IMG/VR virus record: IMGVR_UViG_3300033233_000001
Location: 1 to 64,000 of that record
DNA: 64,000 bases
Reading direction: 5' to 3' (one strand)
A program made the translations under genes and the position numbers. The notes beneath the pieces were generated by a model. It saw nothing but the letters and a program-made list of their open reading frames with translations. It was not told the DNA's origin and did no database searches. Position 1 is the first letter of the stretch; each line of letters begins with the position of its first letter. Shown one piece after another: positions 38,155 to 46,844 of this stretch.

Positions 38155-39066
38155 ATGGGCGACACCTGGCAATACCGAGTGCGCGTGAGCGGGCCGGACC
38201 GCGCGAAGTGGCTGAGGAAGGCCACCAAGGACACGCTCGGTACCGGAAAAACCGCGCACTACTCCTGGTCAATGCTCGGTCGCTTCGCTGATGGAAAGAC
38301 GTTTCCTGCCGGCGGTACCTGGTACAACGTCGTCTTGCGAAAAGCCGAGGAGTACGTCGAGCTACTCGGCAACTTCAGCGGCGCGCCAGGCATCTACTTC
38401 GAGAAGAAGAGCAAGTACACGGATCGATTCAGGCATGGGCCTGCGCTCTTCGCCGGCTTGAACATCACCGCCGAGGTCGTCGGTCACACCTGGCATGCCG
38501 ACGGTCCGACCGGCATCCACAGCTACCGCGACGTCTACAAGCGTGGTCGCCGAACGAAGATCGAGAAGAGCGATAGCGTCGAGATCGCCGAACGGTACGC
38601 GCCGGAACTGCTCAAGGAGTTCCCGGACGACTACACGCCGCAAGAGCGATCCGAGATGGCTCGCGAAGCCGCCGAGTGGAGGGCGCGAAAGGCGCGTGAG
38701 GAGGCGGAGAAGGCGGCCGCGAAGCGCGCCACGTGGGATGCCCTGCGACCCGGCGCGTTCGTCGAGATCCGCCACGCGGGCAAGGACTGGATGGACGCAG
38801 GCGTGCATCGCTGTCTCGTCGTCGAGTCGGTGACGGCCGAGAGCGGCATCTTCCGCGAGACGCTCGCTGGTGAGACGTACGGTGGTGATCGCCTCGTCGT
38901 GAAGTTCTCCGAGAAGTTCTCGATTCAGCGTATGCAGGTGTATTGCGGGCATGGGCGCGATCGTCGTACGTCAGCGCCGTGCGCCGACTGCGAGCATGAT
39001 CGCGAGGAATCCGCGCGCATGGTCAAGTACATGTTGCACGGGCTTCGTGCTCGTGTGGTTCTCTGA
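38155..39066 (+). CDS. Hypothetical protein
   Basis: 303 aa; TAATG coupling. Confidence 0.65.
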   Translation: MGDTWQYRVRVSGPDRAKWLRKATKDTLGTGKTAHYSWSMLGRFADGKTFPAGGTWYNVVLRKAEEYVELLGNFSGAPGIYFEKKSKYTDRFRHGPALFAGLNITAEVVGHTWHADGPTGIHSYRDVYKRGRRTKIEKSDSVEIAERYAPELLKEFPDDYTPQERSEMAREAAEWRARKAREEAEKAAAKRATWDALRPGAFVEIRHAGKDWMDAGVHRCLVVESVTAESGIFRETLAGETYGGDRLVVKFSEKFSIQRMQVYCGHGRDRRTSAPCADCEHDREESARMVKYMLHGLRARVVL

Positions 39067-39085
39067 GGAGGCAACGAGACGCTCC

Positions 39086-39550
39086 ATGGCGAAGGGCAAG
39101 CTCAAGAAGGCATCGCAGTCGCGACCAGCGGCTCGGCTACGGCAGGCGGTCGGCGCGGGCCCAGACGAAGAGGTCGAGGTCTCGACGCCGCGATTCGAGC
39201 GGCCGGCAGGCGAGTCTGGACCGACGGCGGCGCCGCGGACGATCGTCGAGTACAACGCGCTTCGATCGACGTCGGACGCGCAGCGTCAGGTCATGGGCAT
39301 GCGCAGGTGGGGCCGGCCGGAGCCGCATGACCTGACGGCGGGGGCCCGAGAACGCGGTACCAAGCGTGCCGATCTGACCGGGTCGCCGATGCTCTGGCTG
39401 TTCCCCGGCGAGTGGTACAAGCACATCCCCGCTGGCTACGAGGTCGTTTCGATCACCTACTGCGTCGAGAAGTTCAGGCCGGGCAAGACCGACAACGACA
39501 TCCGGTTCGGGTGCTTGGCGTACGGCATTCTCGTGAGGGACGCGTCATGA
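39086..39550 (+). CDS. Phage-type hypothetical protein
   Basis: LWLFPGEWY...DNDIRFGCLAYG; GGAGG RBS. Confidence 0.65.
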   Translation: MAKGKLKKASQSRPAARLRQAVGAGPDEEVEVSTPRFERPAGESGPTAAPRTIVEYNALRSTSDAQRQVMGMRRWGRPEPHDLTAGARERGTKRADLTGSPMLWLFPGEWYKHIPAGYEVVSITYCVEKFRPGKTDNDIRFGCLAYGILVRDAS

Positions 39551-39825
39551 AGGTCTACTACGTCACGAAGTGGGCTCTTACGGCCGGCATTCTTCGGGTG
39601 CGCGCCGACCAGGCTGAGGTCACCGACGACGGCAGGCATCTGCGGACGAGCAACCTGGGCAGCCGCACAACTGTCGGCTCGTTCTTCGTCGACAAGAAGG
39701 ACTGGTTCGAGTCGTTCCCGGAGGCAGAAGCGCGTGTCGAGCATCTGAAGAAGGCGCGGTATACGGCGCTGAACAAGGCACTTGCCAAGCTCTCCCAGGC
39801 GGTTCCGATCAAGGATTTCGAGTAG
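39547..39825 (+). CDS. Hypothetical protein
   Basis: YYVTKWALTAGI; ATGA overlap. Confidence 0.65.
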   Translation: MKVYYVTKWALTAGILRVRADQAEVTDDGRHLRTSNLGSRTTVGSFFVDKKDWFESFPEAEARVEHLKKARYTALNKALAKLSQAVPIKDFE

Positions 39826-39834
39826 GAGGCGAAT

Positions 39835-40131
39835 ATGGCTCTGTTTTTTCCGATGATGATCGCGGGCGTAGCGAGCGAGTCAGGTATCAAGACGCCGAAT
39901 TTCGCGACAAAGCGCTCGGGCTCGGGCGATCCGAACGACTTCGACGCCAACGAGTACCCGCACTTCCACGTCTTTTGCGAGGTCACGCTCGGCAAGCCGA
40001 TCAACGCGAGTTCCTGGGACATGTGGGCCACGCACAACGCGAAGGTCATCGCGGCGCTCAGCGAAGAGCGCGTGAAGGCCGTGACCTACGGCGACCTCGT
40101 GGACATGGGTCTCGAACCGTCCTGCCGCTGA
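39835..40131 (+). CDS. Hypothetical protein
   Basis: GGAGG RBS. Confidence 0.6.
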   Translation: MALFFPMMIAGVASESGIKTPNFATKRSGSGDPNDFDANEYPHFHVFCEVTLGKPINASSWDMWATHNAKVIAALSEERVKAVTYGDLVDMGLEPSCR

Positions 40132-40142
40132 GCGTGAGCGTT

Positions 40143-40871
40143 ATGGAACAGATCTACGGCGTCAACGGGCTGTTGTTCTGGTCGGAGCGTGAGATCCGCC
40201 TCCGCCAGATGATGCGCGAGCACTTCGCCGCCGAAATGACGGTGGCGCTACGACAGGTGAACGCGGCGTGGCAGGTGACGGAAATCGAAGCGCCACTTCT
40301 GACCCCGCGCGCAGCGATCAATCCGAACTACACAGACGACGATGTGTGGACGCAGGTGGGGCGTGACCTTGTTCTGCGTCCAGAGACGACGCCGGGCTCA
40401 TACGCGTACGCGTGCCACATGATCCAGCACGAGGTCTTCCGACCGCCGACGTGCGTGTGGCAGGCAGGCAAGAGCTTTCGTCACGAGCAGGACCAGGTGA
40501 CGAAGAACATGCGGCTCAAGGAGTTCCACCAGCAAGAGTTCCAGTGCATCTACGCCGCGGACACGGCGAACGACTACATGGAGGCGTTGGCGCCGCGGGT
40601 GAAGAGCATGATCGCTGAGATCGTCGGTCTGCCGTCGCGGCTCGCGGAGAGCGACCGGCTGCCCAGTTACAGCCGAAGGACGGTGGATGTCGAGGTCGAC
40701 AACGGCGACAAGTGGATGGAAGTCTGCTCGATGAGCACGCGGCTCGACTTCCCGATGAAGGCGCAGATCTTCACCAAGAAGGGCGTGATCAAGAAAGACC
40801 TGCTGGTGTTTGAGGTCGCGATCGGCTTGGACCGGTGCGTCTACAACTTCGAGCAGCGAGCGGCGAGGTAG
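40143..40871 (+). CDS. Class II aminoacyl-tRNA-synthetase-like catalytic core (Gly/Pro-type), no anticodon domain
   Basis: 242 aa; LRPETT, motif 2 QAGKSFRHE...MRLKEFHQQEFQ, RLPSYSRRTVDVE, EVCSMSTRLDF, motif 3 EVAIGLDR. Confidence 0.8.
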   Translation: MEQIYGVNGLLFWSEREIRLRQMMREHFAAEMTVALRQVNAAWQVTEIEAPLLTPRAAINPNYTDDDVWTQVGRDLVLRPETTPGSYAYACHMIQHEVFRPPTCVWQAGKSFRHEQDQVTKNMRLKEFHQQEFQCIYAADTANDYMEALAPRVKSMIAEIVGLPSRLAESDRLPSYSRRTVDVEVDNGDKWMEVCSMSTRLDFPMKAQIFTKKGVIKKDLLVFEVAIGLDRCVYNFEQRAAR

Positions 40872-40876
40872 TAGTC

Positions 40877-41749
40877 ATGTCGTATGCGCATTTGCCCAAC
40901 CTCTACAAGGACCAGACCGTCCTTCTCTTTCGCGAGTGTTACGCGATGGAGAAGCTGGACGGCACGAGCGCTCACGTCTCATGGCGTCACGGCAAGGTCT
41001 GGTTCTCGCCCGGTGGCGAGTCGGCGGTGCGCTTTCAGGCGTGCTTTGACGAGTCGACGCTGACTGCTGCGTTCGAGAAGCTCGGCCACGAGACGGTCAT
41101 CGTGTACGGCGAGGCCTACGGCGGCAGCTGCCAGAAGCAGACATGGCGGTACGGACCGAGCCTGCGGTTCTGCGCGTTCGAGGTGCAGATCGGCGACCTC
41201 TGGCTGTCCGTTCCCGAGGCGCACGAGTTCGTGAAGAAGCTCGGCCTCGACTTCGTGCATTACGTCAAGTGTTCAACCGACCTCGCGGTGCTCGATGCGC
41301 AGCGCGATGCACCGAGCGAGCAGGCGCGCCGTAACGGTGTCGAGGGCGACCAGCCACGGGAGGGCATCGTCATCCGTCCGCTCGTCGAGATGCGCATCGG
41401 CACCGATCGCATCGTCGCCAAGCACAAGCGCGACGACGAGCGTGAGACGGCGACGCCGCGCAAGGTCGTCGACCCCGCGCAGCAGGAGGTGCTGACGAAG
41501 GCCTCGGCGATTGCCGTCGAGTGGGTCACCTCGACTCGTCTTCAGCACGTGCTCGACAAGATGCCGCAGGGCATCGGGATCGAGAAGACCGGCGACGTCA
41601 TCCGCGCGATGACCGAGGACGTCGTGCGCGAAGGCGCTGGCGAGTTCGTCGACAGCAAAGAAGCGCGGCAGGCCATCGGTAAGCGCGCCGGGGAACTCTT
41701 CCGCGCGCACATCAAGAAGGCTGCGTTCGAGCCGAAGGAGACGACATGA
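40877..41749 (+). CDS. ATP-dependent RNA ligase (Rnl2-like)
   Basis: Motif I EKLDGT, VYGEAYG, FCAFEV, EGIVIRP, AKHK. Confidence 0.8.
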   Translation: MSYAHLPNLYKDQTVLLFRECYAMEKLDGTSAHVSWRHGKVWFSPGGESAVRFQACFDESTLTAAFEKLGHETVIVYGEAYGGSCQKQTWRYGPSLRFCAFEVQIGDLWLSVPEAHEFVKKLGLDFVHYVKCSTDLAVLDAQRDAPSEQARRNGVEGDQPREGIVIRPLVEMRIGTDRIVAKHKRDDERETATPRKVVDPAQQEVLTKASAIAVEWVTSTRLQHVLDKMPQGIGIEKTGDVIRAMTEDVVREGAGEFVDSKEARQAIGKRAGELFRAHIKKAAFEPKETT

Positions 41750-42057
41750 CCCCGTTGCGAGTACTGGTCGCGTGGGATGCGCACGCGTGGATTGCCGTCT
41801 GTTTGGAGCGGTATGTGATGGCTCAGGGAAGTGACGAGGAAGACGCGCTCGACGGACTGTCTGCGGTTTGGCGAGCGCAGTCGGACCTCAATCAACGTGA
41901 AAGTCGGCTGTGGGAGGACATCATGGCCGCGCCGGCATGGGCTCACGCGCAGTATCTAGCGCTGCCTGCTGGCTACGAGTGGCACTGCGCCGAATACGGT
42001 GCCGATCGTACGATCCAAGATCGCGTGTTCGAGGTCCGAAAAGAGCCCAAGCGATGA
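41746..42057 (+). CDS. Hypothetical protein (HicB-like N-terminus possible)
   Basis: WIAVCLE..VMAQG..EEDAL. Confidence 0.5.
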   Translation: MTPLRVLVAWDAHAWIAVCLERYVMAQGSDEEDALDGLSAVWRAQSDLNQRESRLWEDIMAAPAWAHAQYLALPAGYEWHCAEYGADRTIQDRVFEVRKEPKR

Positions 42058-42438
42058 GCACAGGCGTCCACTGGACCTGTCGCAAGTCCGGGCACTGGCT
42101 CGGGACCACTCCGAGGTGTGCTTTCGAGGCACGGAAGTTCGCAGCTGGATGGCGCTTGCGTGTGGGCTCACTGCCGTGGGAAGAGAGGGCGTACAAGACG
42201 TTTTCTGAACTCGCACATGCCGCCGATCGGCTGTTGCCTGCGAATGAGCAGTTGTGGGGGACCCGATCTGGGACTGGTGCGGAGCGGCCGTCATGAAGAA
42301 GAAAAAGAAGCCGAGTGCGACAGAGGAACGTGAGAGCCGCCGCGAAAAAGAAAGACGCTTGCAAAGGAGAGCCCTCTACATCATGCGGGACCTGGGGCTG
42401 GTGCGGGGAGACACGAAGCTGGCGCGAGCGCGGCCGTC

Positions 42439-43023
42439 ATGAAGAAACCGAAGAAGAAGCTAGCCAAGCGCTCGCCGAAAAAGAAGAGTCTGCCGGAGCC
42501 CGGCGTGCTGGCGCTGGGCGTGGCCAAGAACGGCGAGATCACGGTCACCGACAGCAAGGGCAAGACAGAGCCGCTCTTCCCTGGCGGCGAGGCCGGACGC
42601 AAGGCGCTCAACGAGCAGCTGGACGAGATGCGCTGGTCGATTCACGAGGGCGGCGTCGAGATCGACGTGGGTGGCGCCTGTCCTGTCCAGGGCGAGGGCA
42701 CGGTCGACGGCTGCGAGGTGTACTTTCGGTCACGAGGCGAGTTCTGGTCGCTGGAGATCACGGCCGACCATGACGATCCGTTCGCCGTCGGTGCCGGGCC
42801 GGGTGGCAAGCCGGGCTGGTTCTTCGAGGTCGGCTACGGCGCCTGGCCGGACGCTGGCTGGATGAGCGGCAAGCACAGCAAGCAGTGCTTCCTCTCGGCC
42901 GTCAATGCGTGGCGTAAGGCGGGCGGACCGAAGGCGACGCAGGGACAGCTGAAGCTGTACCGTCGGTGGCCGGTGCCGGCCGGGCCCGGCGATGAGCCCA
43001 AGGCCTGGCGAGCCCGCCGATAA
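42439..43023 (+). CDS. Hypothetical protein
   Basis: 194 aa. Confidence 0.6.
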   Translation: MKKPKKKLAKRSPKKKSLPEPGVLALGVAKNGEITVTDSKGKTEPLFPGGEAGRKALNEQLDEMRWSIHEGGVEIDVGGACPVQGEGTVDGCEVYFRSRGEFWSLEITADHDDPFAVGAGPGGKPGWFFEVGYGAWPDAGWMSGKHSKQCFLSAVNAWRKAGGPKATQGQLKLYRRWPVPAGPGDEPKAWRARR

Positions 43024-43092
43024 CGTCGGACAACGCTGCGTTTTGTAGTTGCATGCCGCGCGACACGCGCTACTAAGAGGGCGAGGGTACGC

Positions 43093-43389
43093 ATGCCGCT
43101 ACTTCGCACAGATCTGGATCGTCGCTTCTTCCTCGACGTGACCGCCGACGGTGCCGTCTTCATTCGCGAGCGGGGACATCCGAAGATGTCCGGCGCACTG
43201 CCGACGTTCACGACCGACACGCACGACCAGGCGCTGATGCTTCAGCAGCGGCACTGCCGTCGAGCCCGAGACGGCTCGGGCATCTACCGGCTCAACGAGC
43301 CGCCGACCGATCTCGATGCTCTGGGGGGCATCACCGATCTGTTCCGGCTCACCTACGAGGCGATGCTCGCGCGGGAGCAGCGCGCATGA
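43093..43389 (+). CDS. Hypothetical protein
   Basis: 98 aa; first gene after a short intergenic gap. Confidence 0.6.
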   Translation: MPLLRTDLDRRFFLDVTADGAVFIRERGHPKMSGALPTFTTDTHDQALMLQQRHCRRARDGSGIYRLNEPPTDLDALGGITDLFRLTYEAMLAREQRA

Positions 43390-44300
43390 CGCACTCAGGC
43401 ATCGGCGTGGTCATCGCACGCTTCCAGACGACGGAGCTTCACGCGGGGCACCGTGCGCTCCTCGACGAGGTCACGGCGCGGCATCGGCATGTGCTGATCG
43501 TGCTCGGCGTCGCGCGCACGTACGTGCCGACGTTCCAGAACCCGCTGGACGTGGCGCGCCGTGAGCAGATGGTGCTCCACCGGTATCCGAACGCGAAGAT
43601 CGTGAGTCACCGCGACTGCCGCTCGAACGTGCGCTGGTCGGACGGGCTCGACAAGCTCATCGCGAGTGCGATCCCCGGCCAGACAGAAGCCACGCTCTAC
43701 GGGTCGCGCGCGAGCTTCATCGGCAGCTACACGGGCAAGTATCCGTACGTCGAGCTTCCGGAGATCGCGGACATCTCGGGGACCGAGCTTCGACAGGAAG
43801 CAGTCGACCGCCCCGCGCTGTCGCGCGAGTTTCGGGCGGGCGTCGTCTACACGGCGACGACGCGCCCGCCGCTGGTGTTCCAGACCGTCGACATCGCGAT
43901 CGTGAACGGCGATCGGACGCAGGTGCTGCTCGGCAGCAAGCTGGAGGACGACGGCGGCCTGCGCTTCATCGGCGGCTTCGTCGATCCGAAGGACGCGAGC
44001 CTCGAAGCGGCTGCCAAGCGCGAGGCGTTCGAGGAGACCGGAGGCATCGAGCTAGCGGACTTCCGGTACATCGGGTCGTCGAAGATCGACGACTGGCGGT
44101 ACCGGGACACGCGCGACGCGATCATGACGAGCTTCTTCGTCGCGACCCACGTCTTCGGCGCGCCAAAGGCATCGGACGATCTGGACGGGTCGGCGAAGTG
44201 GTATCCGATCTTCGAGATCCGAGACAAGCTCGTCGAGGAGCATCGCGTGCTCGAATCGATGCTGCGGGCGCACGGAGATGGCGCGCGGTGGTGGCGATGA
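43386..44300 (+). CDS. nadM: Bifunctional NMN adenylyltransferase / Nudix ADP-ribose pyrophosphatase (NadM-Nudix)
   Basis: ARFQ...HAGH, NPL...R; Nudix box GGFVDPKDASLEAAAKREAFEETG. Confidence 0.9.
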   Translation: MTHSGIGVVIARFQTTELHAGHRALLDEVTARHRHVLIVLGVARTYVPTFQNPLDVARREQMVLHRYPNAKIVSHRDCRSNVRWSDGLDKLIASAIPGQTEATLYGSRASFIGSYTGKYPYVELPEIADISGTELRQEAVDRPALSREFRAGVVYTATTRPPLVFQTVDIAIVNGDRTQVLLGSKLEDDGGLRFIGGFVDPKDASLEAAAKREAFEETGGIELADFRYIGSSKIDDWRYRDTRDAIMTSFFVATHVFGAPKASDDLDGSAKWYPIFEIRDKLVEEHRVLESMLRAHGDGARWWR

Positions 44301-44722
44301 GTGACGACGAGCGGCTTCGGCTCAAGAAGTTCCTTCTCCGCCTTCACTGGGTCCTGAACCATCCGAGTGCAGGCGGCATGGCGACCATGGCCTATGTACA
44401 TGGCTACGAGTACAAGGGGCCGGTGCTCGACCAGGGCGAGATCAGGACGATGGCCGGTCTGCCGGTGGAGCTTCCGAAGCCGGAGTATCCGGAAACCGAG
44501 TTCTGCGTCGAGCGCAGCCCGCCGCGGCACAACGAGTACCGTGAGATGGGCAGGCCGGTGGAGGCGAACATCGCGTTTCGCGGGACAGCCGAAGCGTGCC
44601 ACGCGTGGATCAAGAAGGAGCGTGCCGACAAACGCTACGACGTGAACACGACTGGCCGCATGCTCCGTACGGAAGAGGAGTGCGAGCGCGCGTTCTGCGC
44701 GCTGTACTGCGTCGAGATCTAA
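44297..44722 (+). CDS. Hypothetical protein
   Basis: Overlap-coupled. Confidence 0.55.
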   Translation: MSDDERLRLKKFLLRLHWVLNHPSAGGMATMAYVHGYEYKGPVLDQGEIRTMAGLPVELPKPEYPETEFCVERSPPRHNEYREMGRPVEANIAFRGTAEACHAWIKKERADKRYDVNTTGRMLRTEEECERAFCALYCVEI

Positions 44723-45546
44723 TGGAGCCCTGGCTAGAAGCTTTCATGATTGGCGACGCGTACGGAAGTGGCTTTGAAATGAAGCCGCCGGAGTACGTCG
44801 CGGAGTTCAACGACGGTCTGACGTACCGGCAGCACGGACTCGATCCGACGCATCGGCCTGGCATGCCGACCGACGACACACAGATGACGATGGCTGTGCA
44901 GGACGTCATGCAGGACGGCTGGGCGAGCGCTCTGCCAATCTCGTACGCCCGTGCCTTCTGCAAAGCATACGCGGCGGCGCCTGCTCCTGGGTACGGCAGG
45001 AGGATGCGCGAGAACCTGGAGGCGGCGATCCGCGCCGAAGCGCCTGGGGCGGCACTGATGCTCGCATGCCAGGGCGGGCTTGCGAGCGGCGTGTTCGATA
45101 CGTGCGGGGCCGCGATGCGTGCGCTTCCGTGCGCTGTCAGCCGGTCGAGCGGCGATAATAGTGATGTCGCCTGTTCGGCGGTCGTGCAGGCGCGATCGAC
45201 GCACCATCATCCGGACTCGATCGACGCGGCTATCGCGGTGGCGCTCGCCGCATGGGTTCCTCTCAGGCTCGACGTCGCGACCGATTTTGTCGAGTGGCCG
45301 TCGCCGTCCAAGTGGACGCCAGGTCAGTGGGAGCGCGGCACCACGCGCGGCAAGGACATCGTGCAGGCGGCGCTCGGGCTGCTCGTACGTCACGACTCGC
45401 TCCATCGGCTGCTGATCGAGTCGGTCGCGCTCGGCGGCGACGTCGACACGCTCGCGGCGCTCTGTCTCGGCATCGGCGCGCTCGCGCCGAAGCGGTGGAA
45501 GAACGATCTGCCGCAGGCGCTGCGGGATGGGCTGGTGCGGCCGTGA
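44722..45546 (+). CDS. ADP-ribosylglycohydrolase (ARH/DraG family)
   Basis: IGDAYG, TDDTQMT, GAAMRALP, GGDVDTLAA. Confidence 0.9.
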   Translation: MEPWLEAFMIGDAYGSGFEMKPPEYVAEFNDGLTYRQHGLDPTHRPGMPTDDTQMTMAVQDVMQDGWASALPISYARAFCKAYAAAPAPGYGRRMRENLEAAIRAEAPGAALMLACQGGLASGVFDTCGAAMRALPCAVSRSSGDNSDVACSAVVQARSTHHHPDSIDAAIAVALAAWVPLRLDVATDFVEWPSPSKWTPGQWERGTTRGKDIVQAALGLLVRHDSLHRLLIESVALGGDVDTLAALCLGIGALAPKRWKNDLPQALRDGLVRP

Positions 45547-46013
45547 TCGGCCAGCCAGGGGACGATGACGCTGCGGAGCGGTTCTATCGCGTCGTGCTCG
45601 CTGACGTGAGCGGGACCGCGACGGACGAAGAGAGCGACATGCTTCGCGCCGATCTCGACTCGGCGCAGGAATGGCGCGCGGTACTCGTGCGCATCTTGCA
45701 AGACACAGAGGCTGCTCTCACGCGGATTCGTGCGGACGTGCAGAGGAAGCACACCGACTGCTTCAAGCGTGGTTCGCGCGGCAAGCAGGAGTACCATGAC
45801 TACGCGGCGGCGAAGGAGCGCGAGCGCGCTGGGCTGGTGAAGCAAAAGGCCGCGGTCGTCGAGGCTCTGAAAGAAGCTAAGTCTGTCTTTGTGTCGCTCC
45901 ACGAGGAGAAGGAAACCCGGGACGGAGGCCAGTGGAATCGCATCGAGAAGAAGGTGGACGCGCTGACCGTGAAGCTCGACGCCCTTCTCGCGAAGATGGA
46001 CATGCGGCCGTGA
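45543..46013 (+). CDS. Coiled-coil hypothetical protein
   Basis: GTGA overlap. Confidence 0.6.
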   Translation: MIGQPGDDDAAERFYRVVLADVSGTATDEESDMLRADLDSAQEWRAVLVRILQDTEAALTRIRADVQRKHTDCFKRGSRGKQEYHDYAAAKERERAGLVKQKAAVVEALKEAKSVFVSLHEEKETRDGGQWNRIEKKVDALTVKLDALLAKMDMRP

Positions 46014-46070
46014 CGCTCGCTCGCAAGAAGTTGTCCGTGCTGCGCGACCACGTGGGCGACGAGCGCTTCC

Positions 46071-46223
46071 ATGACGGACGACGCGTGGTTGGAGATCGCC
46101 TCGGCGCTCAGCGTCGGCAAGCCGACCGTCAGTCGTTGGAAGAACGGAGTGATCGCGCCTCCGCCGACGGTGCGTCGGTGTCTTCGTCAGTGGTTGCTGA
46201 AGCGCATGGAGGAGAGCACATGA
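46071..46223 (+). CDS. Small XRE-type HTH protein
   Basis: Manual translation EIASALSVGKPTVSRWKNGVIAP. Confidence 0.6.
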   Translation: MTDDAWLEIASALSVGKPTVSRWKNGVIAPPPTVRRCLRQWLLKRMEEST

Positions 46224-46585
46224 CGATCATGGACTACGCGACGGAGATCCACGAGGCGTGTACGCGCGCCGCCGCCGACTTCTTCATCGACATCGAGCCT
46301 GGCCGTCGCATCATGCTCTCGCTCGACAACGACATGGCGGATGACGGCAGCTGCTTCGTGCTGCACCGCGAGCGTGTGGAAGAGGGGCCGCCGACGTGGG
46401 GCGTGTACTTCTGGCGGCCCTGGATCGGCGGTGGCGGTCGCGCGATGGTGCCACTCTCCGATGCGCCTCTGACGGCGAGACTCGACTTCATCGAGAGCGC
46501 CGGCCGGCTGCGAGAGGCCTACCTCAAGCAGATCGCGTGGTACGAGATGCGGGCATCGGCAAGATTCGGGAAGGCAAGCCCGTGA
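46220..46585 (+). CDS. Hypothetical protein
   Basis: GGAG RBS; ATGA overlap. Confidence 0.6.
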   Translation: MTIMDYATEIHEACTRAAADFFIDIEPGRRIMLSLDNDMADDGSCFVLHRERVEEGPPTWGVYFWRPWIGGGGRAMVPLSDAPLTARLDFIESAGRLREAYLKQIAWYEMRASARFGKASP

Positions 46586-46830
46586 GTGAGCACGAGTTCG
46601 ATCCGAAGTGTCCGGACTGTCGACCGGTACTGCTGGACCCGACGACCGGTCGCATGCTGGGGCCGAAAGACCCGGCGATGGTTGCAGCCAGCAAGGCCTG
46701 GGACGAGCAGCTGACGCGCGAACAGCAGGAGGCGTGTCATCGGGTCTGGGTGAAGAACAGCCGAGATCCCGCCGACCTGGAAGCGCTGGAGTGCTTCGCG
46801 GCCATGATGCAGAAGATGGCTGGGAACTGA
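46582..46830 (+). CDS. Hypothetical protein
   Basis: CPDC; GTGA overlap. Confidence 0.6.
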   Translation: MSEHEFDPKCPDCRPVLLDPTTGRMLGPKDPAMVAASKAWDEQLTREQQEACHRVWVKNSRDPADLEALECFAAMMQKMAGN

Positions 46831-46844
46831 GAGGAGACACCAAG

